64,000 nucleotides of DNA from Ophelia neglecta (taxonomy: Eukaryota): contig OZ260663.1 in NCBI GenBank assembly GCA_965285935.1, positions 59,086,001 to 59,150,000 of the forward strand, read 5' to 3'. This document shows, one piece after another, positions 1-14,736 of the stretch. The notes below the pieces were generated by a model. It had not been told where the DNA came from, did no database searches, and was given only the letters and a program-made list of their open reading frames with translations. A program made the translations under genes and the position numbers. How positions within the stretch are numbered: position 1 is the stretch's first letter; every line of letters begins with the position of its first letter.

Positions 1-572
1 AACGTTTGGCTTTGGTAACTAGGCCGATTCAACTGAATTATCGATGCCGCCTTTTAACTTTATTTATTCAAGTTCCAAACCCCCTAATTTTTCTTTGTAA
101 CTTGCATGTACTAAACCAACTTTTGAGAGATGTATGCAATTTTGGATCCTATAAGGCTCTATAAAGACAACTTATATGTACAATACTAATTTTGCCTGTT
201 GCAACTGGGTCTTACAAAAATTACCTACATGCATATGTACATATTGCTGGAGTGAAAAATATTCTAGGTTACATAAATTACAATGGAGTTAAATTATAAA
301 GAATGCAATATTTCACATCAAGTAACAAAATGTTGTTGTCAAGTTTCTATTTTGATCATTTAGGAATTCAGATTCAACCCTTTAGTAACATTTACCTGGG
401 ATCCCCACTCAGTAGTTAAGACATTCTGTTTCATTTCAGTTAAGTGGGATTCTTATTGGGATGTATTTAGTATACTGTGGCAATTAAACTTGCTTATTTT
501 GCTTAATGCTAAGTAAGTGAATTAAATTGCTGTCATGAATTAATGATTTTACAGTATTGTGCATGTAGTAAA

Positions 573-586
573 GTTGCCATGGAAAC
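573..586. promoter_or_regulatory. RFX X-box GTTGCCATGGAAAC
   Basis: Matches GTNRCC(N0-3)RGHAAC; about 0.95 kb upstream of the signal-peptide exon. Confidence 0.4.
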
Positions 587-1567
587 AGGTTTACATCCTA
601 TTACCAGATGGCAGGGCTGATTTAATTAGACTCATTGGTGTAGTTTATTTTTTCTCCTGACTAATAATGCCTGGTCCTAAAACACCATGGACAATTGAAT
701 TTGTAAATGAATTACAAGACTAATTACTTTAATTATGTCCCATCTCTGCTTCATGCTGGGAAAACGAATATGGATTTTCATGCTTCATGTATCATCTTTG
801 TATTGATTAATCTTTTGTAAGCCTGGGAGATATCCACAGAACATGTATCCATGTGTATTAAACCCCACTATAAACAACAACAGCCTCAAAACTACTAAAA
901 GCTGGATTATTTGTGCAGTCTGGCCAATTCTATTTATTTAAGTGAAATATCAACAGACTGTAGAGGTTGTGCAGTGTTGACATTATACACAGGCAAGGTA
1001 TTTGGGTCAGGGACACCTCATGTGACTAAACAGAGGCTGATGATTGGGCAGAAATGACCTACCGCATTAATATGTATTGCACTATGTATCATGCATAATA
1101 CATTGATCTGCAGAAAAGTGTACAATAAGCGCATGGCAAGGGAGGCCAGAGCTTGTTAGTTTGTGTGACTGTGGAACAAGAGGGTTCTACACCAGAATTC
1201 TGGTCAAATCGTCCTCCAAATCACCCAGATATCTGCCTTATGGTGGCCAGAAAGTTGTCTGAACGACCAGAGGCTACTAGGACACCTGGAGTTTACCGTT
1301 AAAAGTGTGGAAATATCACAGTCACTAGGGAACAATACTGATGTGGGAAATGGCTTAACCTACTCTGGAGGCTAGCAGGGACTGCACCGTGCATAGAGAT
1401 GTTCCCAGGGTTGTAGGGTTGCTGTGGTGGGTTCAGGGATACACAAAGGATACCTTGCAGGCTTGTATATTTCAGGTTATACCTGAGGTTTGTATTTGAC
1501 CTCTCTTTCTTAATGTGTCGTAGGTGAAGGCCCAGATTCAACGTGAGCCAGCGCCTAATGTAATATA

Positions 1568-1646
1568 ATGAGGCTGGATGCTGGTCCTAGACCTGTGTTA
1601 CACCTACTACTCCTATTGGCAGCAGCGACCACAGCACTTGCAGATG
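1568..1646 (+). CDS. Lar: LAR-type RPTP first coding exon: signal peptide MRLDAGPRPVLHLLLLLAAATTALAD (whole exon 1524-1646 including 5' UTR)
   Basis: Acceptor ctctctttcttaatgtgtcgtag|1524; ATG at 1568 with A at -3; hydrophobic core VLHLLLLLAAA and A-L-A cleavage motif; strong phase-1 donor GATG|GTGAGT, compatible with the phase-1 downstream exons. Not in the ORF track (too short). Confidence 0.85.
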
Positions 1647-4600
1647 GTGAGTACAGCTTTCATCTTTTTACTTGATATTTCTTATTTAGTATGACCCAGA
1701 ACTCTTTACCAAAGCATGAAGCCAGCATCAGGCCACTCTATTTTGCCACAGATGTCATGTATTTTAACCCTGTAAATATGGCCAGTAATTAAGAAAAGGG
1801 CTCTAGGGGCAGGCTTAGAATCTCCCTGGGGTGCAGAAATAACTAGCCTCACTGTAGCCCCAGCCTTAAGCCCTGAACATATTACATTAATTACTATACT
1901 AGAATGTGCACATGTTATGTACCAGCAGATAGTGCTATACCTGTATGTAGGAGAGTAAACAAGATAGTCAACTTAGCAGCTGTTCAAATATTTGCAAATC
2001 ACTGATACTAGGAAAACACAAAACCCTTTGTAGTGTAATCAAACTAGCCAAGCTACTAGCGAATATATATAGTGATAATCTTGTGATCTGTGGTTGGTCC
2101 CCTATCCAGGTACATCTGTTTTGATGCAGGGAACACAAAAGCTAAATGGTTTCCTTGTACATAGTTAACTGGTAGCTGAGTTAGTTTTATTTCTGGTTTA
2201 TTGTGTACATGTACAGATACACCTCCAGGTATAGTGGTTAAAAGATTCCAGATGTTAAAGGGCTAGTCATCTGGCTAGGCTTGCTGAGGCAAAATTAGAA
2301 GAATTTATAAACTCCCACTACTGGGTTTTCTACCACTATAGAAGCACTCTTCTAGAAGGTAATCTTACCTATCCCAAACCTTAATCACATTTGCATCTGA
2401 GCTCCCTTGGTCTGACCTTTCCCTCACAGTACCTGGTGAAGGAAACTTTCTGCTTGTAAATTGCCCTGTAGCAGCTTACCTTATTAACAAGCCGTTGGGG
2501 AGCTGTGATGGCAGGGGCAATAGCACACTGCTGGAGGCTCCCCTTTCTGTGCTGCCAGCGGAGTCTGGGTAGGCAAGATATCCAGCGGATAGCAGTGGGT
2601 CTGGCCGCTCTCTCCATATAAACAGACTGAGACCTTGTAGTCATATCCCACATTGTGTCAATATGGGTCTCTGCCCTCCCTGCCCCCTCTCATGTGGGGT
2701 ACATGCCATACCCCTGGCAACCTGCTGTGGAGACGCACCCCATACCTCCTCTGGCCAGATAGATCATGGTACAACATGTATTATACCTGAATGGGAAAAA
2801 ACCATGAAATGCTAATATTATAGGGGCTCAACTTTAGCCCTTATGTCCATTGCCACACTAGTCTCTAGTCAGGAGAGGGAATATGTCTCATACAGTAGTC
2901 CTTATAATGACTTCAGACAAGGTCAACACCTTTTTTTGTGTGCAGGTATCTCCTGCATTAACTGTAAATAAAATGTGCTGGCTTCACTCTTTGGATTAAA
3001 TAGTTCTCTGTGTGTATGTATATTTTGTTGTTTTACCAAGTGGTACCTTATCTGAAATTTATGTGCTTGCAACATGTAGAAATTCTTGTTAAATACAGAA
3101 TCCCTGTTTGCTTTTGAATGATAAATGGCTTACAGCCCACAGCTGACATATAATTCTGTTTATAGAGGACTTCGGTAAAGAAAATAGGAGAAATGGGAAT
3201 TATATTTGCTCGGTGGGAAGAAATATATAATTTGCCTGCAATAAAAAACTTGTCTGCAGCGAGCTGGTTCTGCTCACTATGACGTTAACCGTTAACTCAA
3301 GTAGAGAAAAATACAAAAGCATTCCAACTGCAATGTGGTATTTCTTATTCAGCCAATACACAATTATTCACCAAGTGGCTCTGAATGCTTAGTCAAAAAC
3401 AACACAGTGTAGTAACTAAATGTGCAGAATTATCTTGCCATATAAAGTGTGTATAAAGTACCTGTATATAAAATGTACACACAAGTATGGAAGTGGTTAT
3501 TAATATGCTATACCAACACTTCATGCCAGAAATCAATTTTTTGGCATCAACAACATATTTATGAATCAGCTCATTAATATTTTCGTGCAGTTAGTTGGTT
3601 TATGATGATTGAGATATACCATTCTCATTGTCACCGTTATAGCGAATGAGAGAGTGCTGCAGGCAATGAAACAATTGGCAGGTCTGTGTAGGTGATACAG
3701 TCACTTAGCCCCTGCTAGACTCCTGTTACAGGCCCTTCAGCTCTGTGTTTAGGTAGCTCACCACATCATGGCTGAAGCCCACTGCATTATATATATTATT
3801 AATATCACCACCATGACACCTGTCAGTTTTATTTAGCTCAACTATAAATGCACAAAATTAAACTCTTTGAATACATTATAAACGGAATTTAAACATGTCT
3901 AGTTCAATACATGGACATGATTTGGCATGATTTTTGTCTGTTATCAAATTTGACCTATATGTACACCAATAAAATTAAGATAGCATATACCGGTTGGAAG
4001 TATATTATCAGCTGTTATGTAGAGTGTAGTTTCCTATACATCCATGGTGGAACTTTTATATTAAAATGTTTAAGAACATAAACAAGGGATTTGCAGCACC
4101 ATGGGTTATACTTGATCGTTCTGGGATGTGTTACTGAAAAAAATCTTCAATACAGACACAAGTATATAAGCTCCTAGGTGACATAACATAACATCTATGA
4201 GATATTGTAATTCAATGATAAATATCTGTCAGTCGTGCGTTTTCCCACGCAGCTGCCAGCAGCCAGGTAGATTTGTACTGGTTAGCATTCTAAGAGGTGT
4301 ATGAGAATTTCAGGCAGTCTTGGCAGGGATATCACCTTTACTTTGATCACCCATTGATTGATGGAATGCTGGGCTGAGCCACCCTTTCTCAGCCCATGTA
4401 GCCACCCCAATCTGTCTGACTATCTTTTCCAGAGTGCCTTTGGAAAGACTGGAATCATGAATTAAAGATGTTTAAAATGCTTGCCAAGTTACCAGTATGC
4501 GGCCTAGATCAGCAACAGGGCAGTATTTTTTCTAACAAACATGTTAAGAGAAGACATTTTTTTGTGTTGATATACAATCTATTTTGCACATGGACATAGT

Positions 4601-7600
4601 GGCATAATAAGTGAATACCAACCTTGTATGTTGTAACCTCCTGCTACCAGGCAGAGCTAGTATACTGGAATTGGAATTTATATTGATTGGCATGATTCTT
4701 GTTTGACACAATATGTGAGTAAATGAGAGTGAGATTAATACCATGAGAACCAGTGAGTAGGCCTATTCATTCAGAAAGCCTATAGCTCCTTGCTAGATGG
4801 TCTCCTAATGACTGTACAAGACACATGCCAGGCTCAGTCATCTGCTGCCTCGCCTGATGGACTGGGAAAAGTGCCCTCAGCGCTAGGAGAGTGCCATCAG
4901 ACAGAGTGGGCATCAATTATTAATCTTGCCATTTATATCCATGACTGTGGTGCCAGACCAGCAGTCCATGTCCCAGAAACCACAGCCCCACCTTTCGCTT
5001 ATATTCACCTAATATAAACGCTCAGTACTAAGAACACTGAAATAATTTGTTAAATACATCAAAGTAGCCACCCGGTAGAATTGTATAGCCTCAGTGCTCA
5101 TAATGTACACTAGACTAGTGTGGCGGCATTCAGCGACATGGGTTGACATCAGGTATTCAGTGTGTTTATGAATTAGTACACCCTTGAACTGGATGTTGGG
5201 CTTCAGTTCTCGTAATGAGACTTCAGATTAATGTGGTGTCCATTATAAGTTGAAAACCTTTGGCATTCTCCTGCTCACTGGGGATTTTATTGTGGGTTTG
5301 TTGGCTCTTTATTCTGGGTTTGTTCTCCAAGTCAATGCTCTCTCTTTCCTATTATCAACTTGATGTGGGGCTTTGAAATAATTTTTGTGGAAGCTGTCAC
5401 CTATAACATGCCTCTGCATAAATAAGTTGACTGTTTGACACTGCATGTAACAAAATTTGTCTGTCTGCATCTGATCCAGGAAAAACTTTGAACTAGATTT
5501 AAAGGTGTATATACTAAAGTAATCACTATTGTAACTGTTACCTTTATAAGTTGGACTGGTTGTGGTCCCAACCGGTGGACAATTAATGTGTTTCAGAACC
5601 TTGTGTATTTGCATGGAACATGATAAACCTGATGATTCCTTGCAGACTATTTCTCAATGGAGGTCATGCCTTGTCTCAAGTTGTGTGAGGCCTACACTTG
5701 GATTGCTCCAAAAAATTTATTTTAAGCTAACTTAAGAGCCCGCACACAGCCCATCATTACCCAGAAATGTGGATGCAGGGGTGAAGAAATGCAGGAGAAA
5801 AGATGATTATTGTTAGGGCCTAAAGATGATTGCTGCTGATTGTGGGAGTCGTAAAATGAGCGCCCAAACATGTTATAGATATACAGGGGTCACAGTGTGG
5901 CGCAAGAGTGTTAAATGGGTACACAGACAAACCTGGGATTAAAATTGCCTGAGAAATCTCGCACTTGAATGCCACAATGTCAGCAGCTTCAAATTAAGTT
6001 TGGTTATGATGTTGCTGCATGGAGTTATATCTATTTGGTGTAGTAGACAAGGACACTATTTTCACTGTCGTATTAGTTATGTTATGATTATAGTCTCCCA
6101 GGTATTTAACGGTGGCTAGATCATATATCAACAATCACTAGAGGTCTGCACTCTAATCTAACTTATTTGTCTCCAAATTGATGGAGGAGCAACCTGAACC
6201 ATTACAAGACTCAAATCAAACAACACAATTATTGGTGTTTTCTGTAGAGTGTGGATATTGAGTTAGATTGTAAGCTAAGAGGGTGTTAATTAAAGATTTA
6301 GCATAGTATGAGGTAGCTGGGATGATGTAATTTTGAGCTCATAGGGTATAAACAGTTGATAATGGTGAAGAACAAGATTAAAAATTGGACAGATGTCCAT
6401 TAACTCACCTTTTCTTCCATCATAGCAGAAAGTTTAAGGCAGAGTAAACAGCTAGATCTCAATCAAATTGAAAAATGGTGGGCAGGATAAAGCAGTGTAA
6501 GATATTAAACAGAATATATTAGGAGATGGTGTTTTTTTCCCCCTGTATGCAGCCTATTACTGACTGTCGGTTGCAGTGTTATGTGGCCTATCTGTTGCTG
6601 CTGGCTGCCCATTATACCTGTAAAGGCAATCAACCATATTGCAATTTGCTCATCTGCTGATTGGTGGATCACATTTCCCTTGGTTGACTCAGTATGGATG
6701 TTCTGGGGATCTTCTTGTCAGATTTAATCAGGTGACTCAAAACTTGGCTCCCATTGCTGTCAAACTCAGTTACCTTATTCTCCTGGAGGTCACTTGAAAG
6801 GGAACAGAAGCCCACATTGTGTGCTGAAATTTCTCAAATTGTGGGGTTGTCATGAGTACACACCATGGAGCAGACATACTCAGAACCACGCCTCTTACTG
6901 AGCACTTCTTATCAGCACTGCTAATTTTTGCCCTAAGCTTCAATGTTCTAGGCAGTTGCTTTCATGAAGCCTGTCAAAAATGTTTCCGCTTAACTCGATC
7001 CAAAGGCAAATTGATTATTCCAAGGTTATTGTCTAATTAACCATTATTTTACGGCCACCATTTTATGAAAGTGGAGATTAAGTTTTACCTGCTGATGTAA
7101 AGCAATGCAATGTGTTAATAGTAAAAAATAAATAAAAAATATCATGAGAATTTGACAACTGATTCAGTGTTCAAGGATCAATCTATTTCAGTTGTAGATA
7201 TTGAGCTAGCTGGTCTTGGGAATCCTTCCTCGCGTCCGAAAATTTGTCCATTGACTACCAGCTAATGTTATTCTTGCCTTAAGGAATTGACCAGCCAGGC
7301 TTGTTAGCTCTTTTGATTGTGTTATACGCACCTCAGTAATTATATTTTCCAATAGCTACAAAGTTACATTTGTGAAATCTCAGAATTCCTACAATGCTGT
7401 ATATTTTATTTGGCAGACTTAGGAAATATTAGTAAATAATAAGATGGACTATGGCTGAGTGAAATAGGATATTCATACATACTCCACCAACCAAGGTATC
7501 AAACTTCATCCAAATGGAAGGCCTGATAGTCAAGCCATGTACCAAGTTTTGTTGCTGAAACCAAATAGAGGAATATGTGCATTGGATGGAAAATTTCAAT

Positions 7601-9857
7601 TTTTATCTGCTTTTCTCTAGTGAGCAGTTGGTAGGGAGTGTCTTGGAAGGCACAACAGTTGGTTTTTTAAAGTTGGTGAACCTTTCCTGGAAGTGGTAGC
7701 TATCTATCTGCATTATAAGCTAGCCCTTTGGCTACTGCCATGAAGATGATGGGAGATCCTAGGGCCAAAGATGTGTGTATTTGAGGCAAAGACACTGGCA
7801 GATTGGCTGGCTGCCTGCTCTGATCCCTGCCGAAGGCATAACAGAACCAAGAGGCAGTGCCTCTGTTATCACAGTTATTAGAAGCTGTAGCCTCTTGCAG
7901 AGGTTATCTTTATAGCTATTTATGTGTGTGGCTCCACTCTGTCCTTGCTTTCACAATATTAAATGCCTACTTGTCCATGACCCACTTTACCAGGCATTGG
8001 CCTGTTTAATAAGGCTTGTGTAGATTTGGAGCATATCCCAACCAGATAAAATGTTATACATTTTAATTTTTATTTGCCCATTGCCATTCCTTAGATGTAC
8101 AAGTGGCTACCGTAATTCACCTAAAGAAGACTAATGAACTTGTGTGCTAAACTGGGGGATGCATTATGTTTTGGAAAAAACAAACTCCCTTAATAATAAA
8201 TTTATCTAAAAATAAAAAATAAAACAGATATGGCCAGATATATGCATTCTTTAGTAGGTATGTGTCTCCTATTAAACCATTTACAGTAGAGTCAATATAG
8301 CATTGTCGGATTGAAGGTGCCCACGATTTACAGCTCATGGTAAACTTCTGAAGCCTCAAAGAATGGCTTCTATTGATTTTGTTCATCTTATGAAGTCTGG
8401 GTCATTGTGCCAGATATCTCAAACAATGAACCAGTGGAGTGCTGGCCATCACTCTCGTACAACCTACAAGCCAGTCAAGTGCTGACAATGAAGCACGGGG
8501 GTTTGGATAATAGTTTGGACAGTTCACTGTATTTTGACTGAAGTTGGTTCCTCCTTCATTCCTACCAACAATCAGGTCTGACAGGGATAGAAACAGGTAG
8601 ATTACAGCCTGGTCTGACTACAGCAGTTGTCTTCTGATCAGTTTTTATAATTCCCTGACTCACATCTGAATCTTGACATGCATGTCTGTAGATTCGGTAG
8701 ATGAATTGAAATGCTATCTTGTTACATGGCCCTTGTACAGTGTTGGGTAGATGGGAGCTGTCTGGTAGATTTTATGAAATGGCAAGAGCATGAGAACAAA
8801 TACCTGGTTGTTATAGTATTTTGTATCTTGTTACATGTACATGTACATTTATGTCTAGTATAAGCATGTAAAATGTCAGCACTAAAACATTGTGTTTTTG
8901 TGCTGGTGAGTGATGCTCTCTGCAGACCTTGTAGCATAATGAGGTTAGCAGTTTTGGCATGAGATCCAAATTAAAGGAGGTGTTGGAATATATAGCCAAC
9001 TGAATAATGAATGAACTTGTACAAATTCCACTACAGAGTGAGGCAGTGAGTGGCTGAATTGTTCATGCCAGGCTACCATTCATCAATGTAAGCCTGACTG
9101 CAGATTAGATTAATACACCACAAAATGTCATGTTGGAGAATTTTAAGGAAAACTTCAGCCCTACATATAAGAATTAAGATCCGCTAAGATAGCCCTGGGA
9201 ACTGGGCAAGGATACCAAACATGCTGTCCCATAGATCTTTATAAATGTATGATAACCCGGCAAGATATCCATTGTGATCCTTATTTATGATCCAGAATGG
9301 TTAAAGCACATTACCCTTGCTCTGCTGCTGAGTTATTGGTATTTTAGACCTAATTTTCTCCTGCTTACTGCAGGTGAATAGTCAGTGTTATTAATGCAAG
9401 TGGCGTAAGAGGCTGAGAAATTATGAAAATGGTTAGCCAAGAGACGAGGGAGTAAATTGACTGGAGTTGCCATTTTCTGCATATAAATTACCACACTTAA
9501 TATGGCACAATTTGGGGTAACATGGAGACAGTCATCAAACCAAATGAATGGCTCTTTTTAGAATTAAATGAGTGCCCGAAATCGCTGTTTGCTCCATGAG
9601 CACTTAAGTACTCAATATCCTGCACTTTTCTATCCAGTTTAAAAAATGTGCATTTACTTTTCCTCATTAAATTGTATTATAGTGGTTAGGACCTTTGTAG
9701 ATAGATGTAATATGCATAAAAGTGTAAATTTCGATCAGGATATTGTTTTGGTTACTACTTGATCCACTGTGATTTTGTAGGAATCCTATGTTATTTCTCA
9801 TTTTAGACAATTCCATTCTTCCTGTGGTCAGCTTTGGTTATTGAATCTACTGTGAGT

Positions 9858-10446
9858 GTGTTATTGGTCCTCTTAGCAGGGCCATATTACTGGTCCTTTC
9901 AGCAGGGCTGTATCAATGGTCCTCTCAGCAGGGCTCTATCAATGGCCCTCTCAGCAGGGCCATGTTACTGGTCCTTTCAGCAGGGCTGTGATACTGGTCC
10001 TCTCAGCAGGGCCATGTTACTGGTCCTCTCAGCAGGGCCATGTTACTGGTCCTTTCAGCAGGGCTGTGATACTGGTCCTCTCAGCAAGGCTGTGTTACTG
10101 GTCCTTTCAGCAGGGCTGTATCAATGGTCCTCTCAGCAGGGCTCTATCAATGGCCCTCTCAGCAGGGCCATGTTACTGGTCCTTTCAGCAGGGCTGTGAT
10201 ACTGGTCCTCTCAGCAGGGCCATGTTACTGGTCCTCTCAGCAGGGCCATGTTACTGGTCTTCTCAGCAGGGCTGTGTTACTGGTCCTTTCAGCAGGGCTG
10301 TGTTACTGGTCCTCTCAGCAGGGCCATGTTACTGGTCCTTTCAGCAGGGCTGTGATACTGGTCCTCTCTCGAAGGCTGTGTTACTGGTCCTTTCAGCAGG
10401 GCTGTATCAATGGTCCTCTCAGCAGGGCTGTGTTGCTGGCCCTCTA
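9858..10446. repeat. 26-bp minisatellite, about 22 copies (GGGCCATGTTACTGGTCCTYTCAGCA)
   Basis: Directly visible tandem array; produces the 26-aa periodic ORFs at 9834-10677. Confidence 0.95.
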
Positions 10447-11454
10447 GGGAAGGCTGAGTCACACCCTGAGTCAGCCCATTGTCCTTGTAGACCCACAGGG
10501 CATGGTGCCCCTAATTCAAGTCATTGCACAGCACCGATAAGCCTCCATCAAGCAATTTCTTACCTAATAAACAATTATACCACTTATGTTACTGCCAGGC
10601 TCATATGTGATTATTTATTTATTTTTGAACTGTCCAAAGGTGAGTTCTCTCATCTATATTTCCTAATTGATTATTAAGGGAGAACAGCTTTAAAGTTTCA
10701 CAGTATCTAATGGCATATTAGTAGTTCTGCTGTTGGTGTGGCTAGTGTTGGTGTCCTCCTTACTGCATGGGCTGTTGTGTAAGTCAAACTAAGTGACTTT
10801 CAACTTGATAAGGGTGTTCAAGGGGACAATGTCTACAGTCTCTTCTTGTTGTTTTGCTTCATCATTGATTGAACAACTAACTAGTGAGGGCTTCATGTGT
10901 AACTGTACAATAATATGTACCAGGAATATTGCAAAATCTTTCACCCCTTTTTTCTAATGTCAACTAATGTGCCAATAAATATCTTATTGTTTTTAATCAT
11001 TATTTCATTGGCTTTGTTAACAGAGAAGTACTGAATGAATGCTAGACTTTAAATATTATCACCTTAATTTCAGCAGTAATACCACTTCCCTTGATGTAAA
11101 ATTCACACTTGCTCTCGGGTGGCCAATAATTACACCACCAGATTCTATCAGCCAAAACAAGCTGGAGTCAAAGGGGTATTTGTTGAACTGGCTTTGCACA
11201 TTTTTACTGTCCAGGAGTCATGTAGTGGTCATTTGGGCAGACAGCCCAAATGTTTAACTTACACAGAGAAGCTTTTTATTACTTGCAACCAAGTCCAGTG
11301 GATAAGCAGTTGACAATTACCAATTATGTGTGGCTTAGATAAAATGACTTTTAAGTTATTAAGGATTCTTTTAATGTCTCTGACAATGCTGCCTGGTACT
11401 AGAATCTAAGTCCTGAATTCTTAGGTGAGTGCTTTAATGACTGCCACTGACTTG

Positions 11455-11610
11455 GGTACCATAATATATGTACTTGATTCTGATAGTGGTACTATAAGGT
11501 AAATATTGTTTCTGATATGAGTACTATAATGTCAGTATTGCCTTCTGACATTAAAATAATGTCAAGACTGACTTCTGTCATGGGTACTATAATGTCAGTA
11601 CTGAATTCCC
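11455..11610. repeat. Degenerate ~31-33-bp tandem repeat (GGTACTATAATGTCAGTA...TTCTGA), about 5 copies
   Basis: Recurring gtactataa / ataatgtca / ttctg words. Confidence 0.55.
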
Positions 11611-12131
11611 AGAGGACCCCCTTGTGAAATCTGGTTATTTTTCATGTTTTACTTTTATATAACACTTTTGGAACCAAGTGCCTACATTATCAAGGGCAAT
11701 TAAACTAAGAGCAGATGACAAGCAGATGACCCCTTCCACACCAGACATATAGTAGTTACTAGTGGAAATTCTGAATAAATGTTGCTAAGTTACCAGTTTG
11801 TTTCTGGTTTAAAACTCACTGGGTGTCCAGCAGAGTGCAGTTGACATTTTATTTTTATATATTCCAAGGTATTTTAGCCCTTAGACATCATTTCTGGCGA
11901 ACTGCTGAGCTCAATTTTCAATTTCAATTTACTCAAATGTGGAATTTTTCCTGGCACCATAAGTGTCAACTAGGGTTTGTGTCTGTCTTCTTTCATAGTA
12001 ACTAATATTACCACAAACCTCTCACTAGTAAATAGAATTAAACTGGCTTAAGATATAATTAATATTATGAAGTATTATCGGGTTAGTAAAGTTGACACCA
12101 AGTTCTTGCTGTTATTGTTTTGTTTTTTCTT

Positions 12132-12165
12132 GGGGATGGGGGGTGGGGGTGGGGGGGGGGGGGTG
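12132..12165 (+). other. G-run tract with G-quadruplex potential
   Basis: GGGGATGGGGGGTGGGGGTGGGGGGGGGGGGG; low complexity. Confidence 0.4.
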
Positions 12166-14079
12166 TAAGGTTGGAGAGTTATCTTGTATGAATATGTGGA
12201 AGCAGAGTAATCTCCATAGCTTGGGTCATAACTCAGCTGTGTAGTAGATGAATGACCTCGTCCATCCTTACCACCAGGACAAGGACTGGAGAAAGACTGC
12301 CACGAGACACACCCGGCTGGCTGGCACCACCCTGGCACTAAGACATCACCCTAGACTACAGATTCAGCTCCTGCTGAACTCTAATCTATCTGCAGGTTGA
12401 CACTAACCATGTTAAGATCTTGTAACGTAACCCAGGCTGGGACAGGGACCATCCTCTCACTCAAACAGCTCTAATTCACATGACACACACCGCTTCTAAT
12501 TTAACCCTTATGTATTATGCATGACTAATCTGGTCCTGGAAATGGCCCCCTTTTCACAGGACACCTATTTTTGCATAAACTGCTATTTTCTTCAATTGTT
12601 GTGCATGATGAAGATTTTGCCCATTTCATTACGGGATTTAGGCCCATGAGTCTGAAACTTGGGGATTGGATTGCATCAGTGAGTTTTGTTGTCTTTGAAT
12701 TTTGTAAAGTCAAGTGAATTTAAATTTCTGAAAATCCAATCCAAACTTGTTTTAAGTGTATACATCTTAATAAAATGGTTTCAGGTGGCACAACTCTGAG
12801 CTTAAATTAGATTTACTTAATTTCAGATCTTTTATAATTAGTAAATTGGTTTGCCTTTTAAAAGGATGTGTTTCTGGCATTGATTTTTGCCAAAATCTTA
12901 AGCCCTAACCTTGGTGAGGACTATTTAGTATTTAAAATGATCAATGAGCTCTCGATATCTACGGGAAGAGCATTTATGTGAACTAAAGTAGAAGGACACT
13001 CGAGATTGAATTGGTTTTAAATTGGCATTTCAACATTAATATCTGTTGAGATCCTTGGAGGTGGAATTGTAGCCACATGGAAATTGTAAGTTTTTTTTTC
13101 TAGTAGGTATGGAAAATCAGTTTCCTTGGAAACACACCATAGGAATTCAGCTGTTTCTGTGGTGTTTCATAAAAGTCAGGTGTCTGGTTGAGAACAAATC
13201 TAACACCACCTGGCTGCGGTGGTGAGGAAAGAGGAGCTCTCATATCTCATGGCAAGACATTCTTCCCTCTCCTGAATGGACCATAGTGGCATCGCATCTT
13301 CTTCCACCTGATGGCCTCTTTATTCCTGGTGATTAATCCCAATTTGCTGCCTCCCTGGGTAGAGAAATCACATTATAAACAGGATTGTTTGTGCCTATAG
13401 CCCGTCTTCTTTGGAAGACGTAACCACAGGATAGCCCTCTTCATGTACTATACATAGATCTGTGTATATGTAGGCAGATCTCTTTATGTACACACATCTC
13501 AGACCTCAGACTGAGTTTAGAGTTCTGGGCAAAAATCATCAATGATATTGATGAAATAAGCCAGAAACACAAGAGCCCTCTGGGGTAAGCCAGTCAATAC
13601 TGGTATGATAATGTTTCATTAGTCACTGGTTAAGTCGGCCCTGTTATTATTGCCTTTCCTTGGAGCATACCAACCGACTTCCGTAGTACCAAGTGTGTTA
13701 GTATTGAGCCGATGTGTTGTCATTTCATAATGTATATATGATGAGTCTGGTGAATGCCATTAGTGAGAAAGAAATGTCATTCTTGATTTTCACGACTTCT
13801 CTTTTGTCTGTTTGTATCTGTACTGGGAAAGTTTTGCAGATATGGATCAATGCACTATTAGGTTGTTTTTAAATGGATTTATGCTCACTTCTTTGTATAG
13901 TAGTTTGGGCAAAATATTTCTAGCTCTTCCCTTTGAACCTTCATATTCTGTAGACATCTATCTCCTTCCTATGGGTGTTTTTTTTTGTTTTTTTACTTTT
14001 TATGTAGCTCTAAGGCTTATAAATCCTTTAGAGGTACATAAAAAAGAATATTATTGTTGGTGACACCTTCCTATAGCAA

Positions 14080-14736
14080 GTTAGCCTAGTAACCCTGAGT
14101 CACCCTGGAAACACTAAGTCAGCCTGGAAACCTGAACCAGCTTGTAACCAGGAGGCATCCTGGAAACAAGATGTCAGCTTGGTAACCAGGAGTAAGCCTG
14201 GAAACCAGAAGTCAGTCTGGAAACCCTGATTCAGTCTGGTAACGCTGAGTCAACCTGGAAACCTGAGCCAGCCTGGTAACCAGGAGTAAGCCTGGTAACC
14301 AGGAGGCAGCTTGGAACTGAAAAGTCAGCTTGGTAACCAGGAGTAAGCTTGGTAACCAGAAGTCAGTTTGGTAACCCTGCATCAGCTTGGTAACACTGAG
14401 TCAGCTTGGAAACCTGAGGCAGCCTGGTAACCAGGAGGCAGTGTGAAACTGAGGAGTCACCTTGGTAACTAGGAGTCACCTTGGTAAGCCTTAGAACGCC
14501 TGGTAACCATGAGTCAGCCTGGTAACCCTGAGTCAGCCTGGTAACCCTCAGTCAGCCTGGTAACCAGGAGTCAGCCTGGTAACCAGGAGTCAGCCTGGTA
14601 ACCAGGTGTCAGCCTGGTAACCAGGAGTCAGCCTGGTAACCAGGTTTCAGCCTGGTAACCAGGTGTCAGCCTGGTAACCAGGAGTCAGCCTGGTAACCAG
14701 GAGTCAGCCTGGTAACCAGGAGTCAGCCTGGTTACC
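14080..14736. repeat. 19-bp minisatellite (GAGTCAGCCTGGTAACCAG), about 34 copies, degenerate at the 5' end and homogeneous at the 3' end
   Basis: Directly visible; each unit carries the palindrome CCTGGT-A-ACCAGG. Confidence 0.95.

Noticed and set aside
1644-1646. Apparent 3-nt micro-exon cag|ATG|gtgagt
   Set aside because: Better explained as the 3' end of the signal-peptide exon 1524-1646.
9834-10677. Three overlapping ORFs up to 253 aa
   Set aside because: Translations of the 26-bp minisatellite; same periodic peptide in all frames, no splice or domain support.
14080-14736. CRISPR-like array of palindromic repeats
   Set aside because: Head-to-tail units with no unique spacers, inside a eukaryotic intron, and no cas genes.
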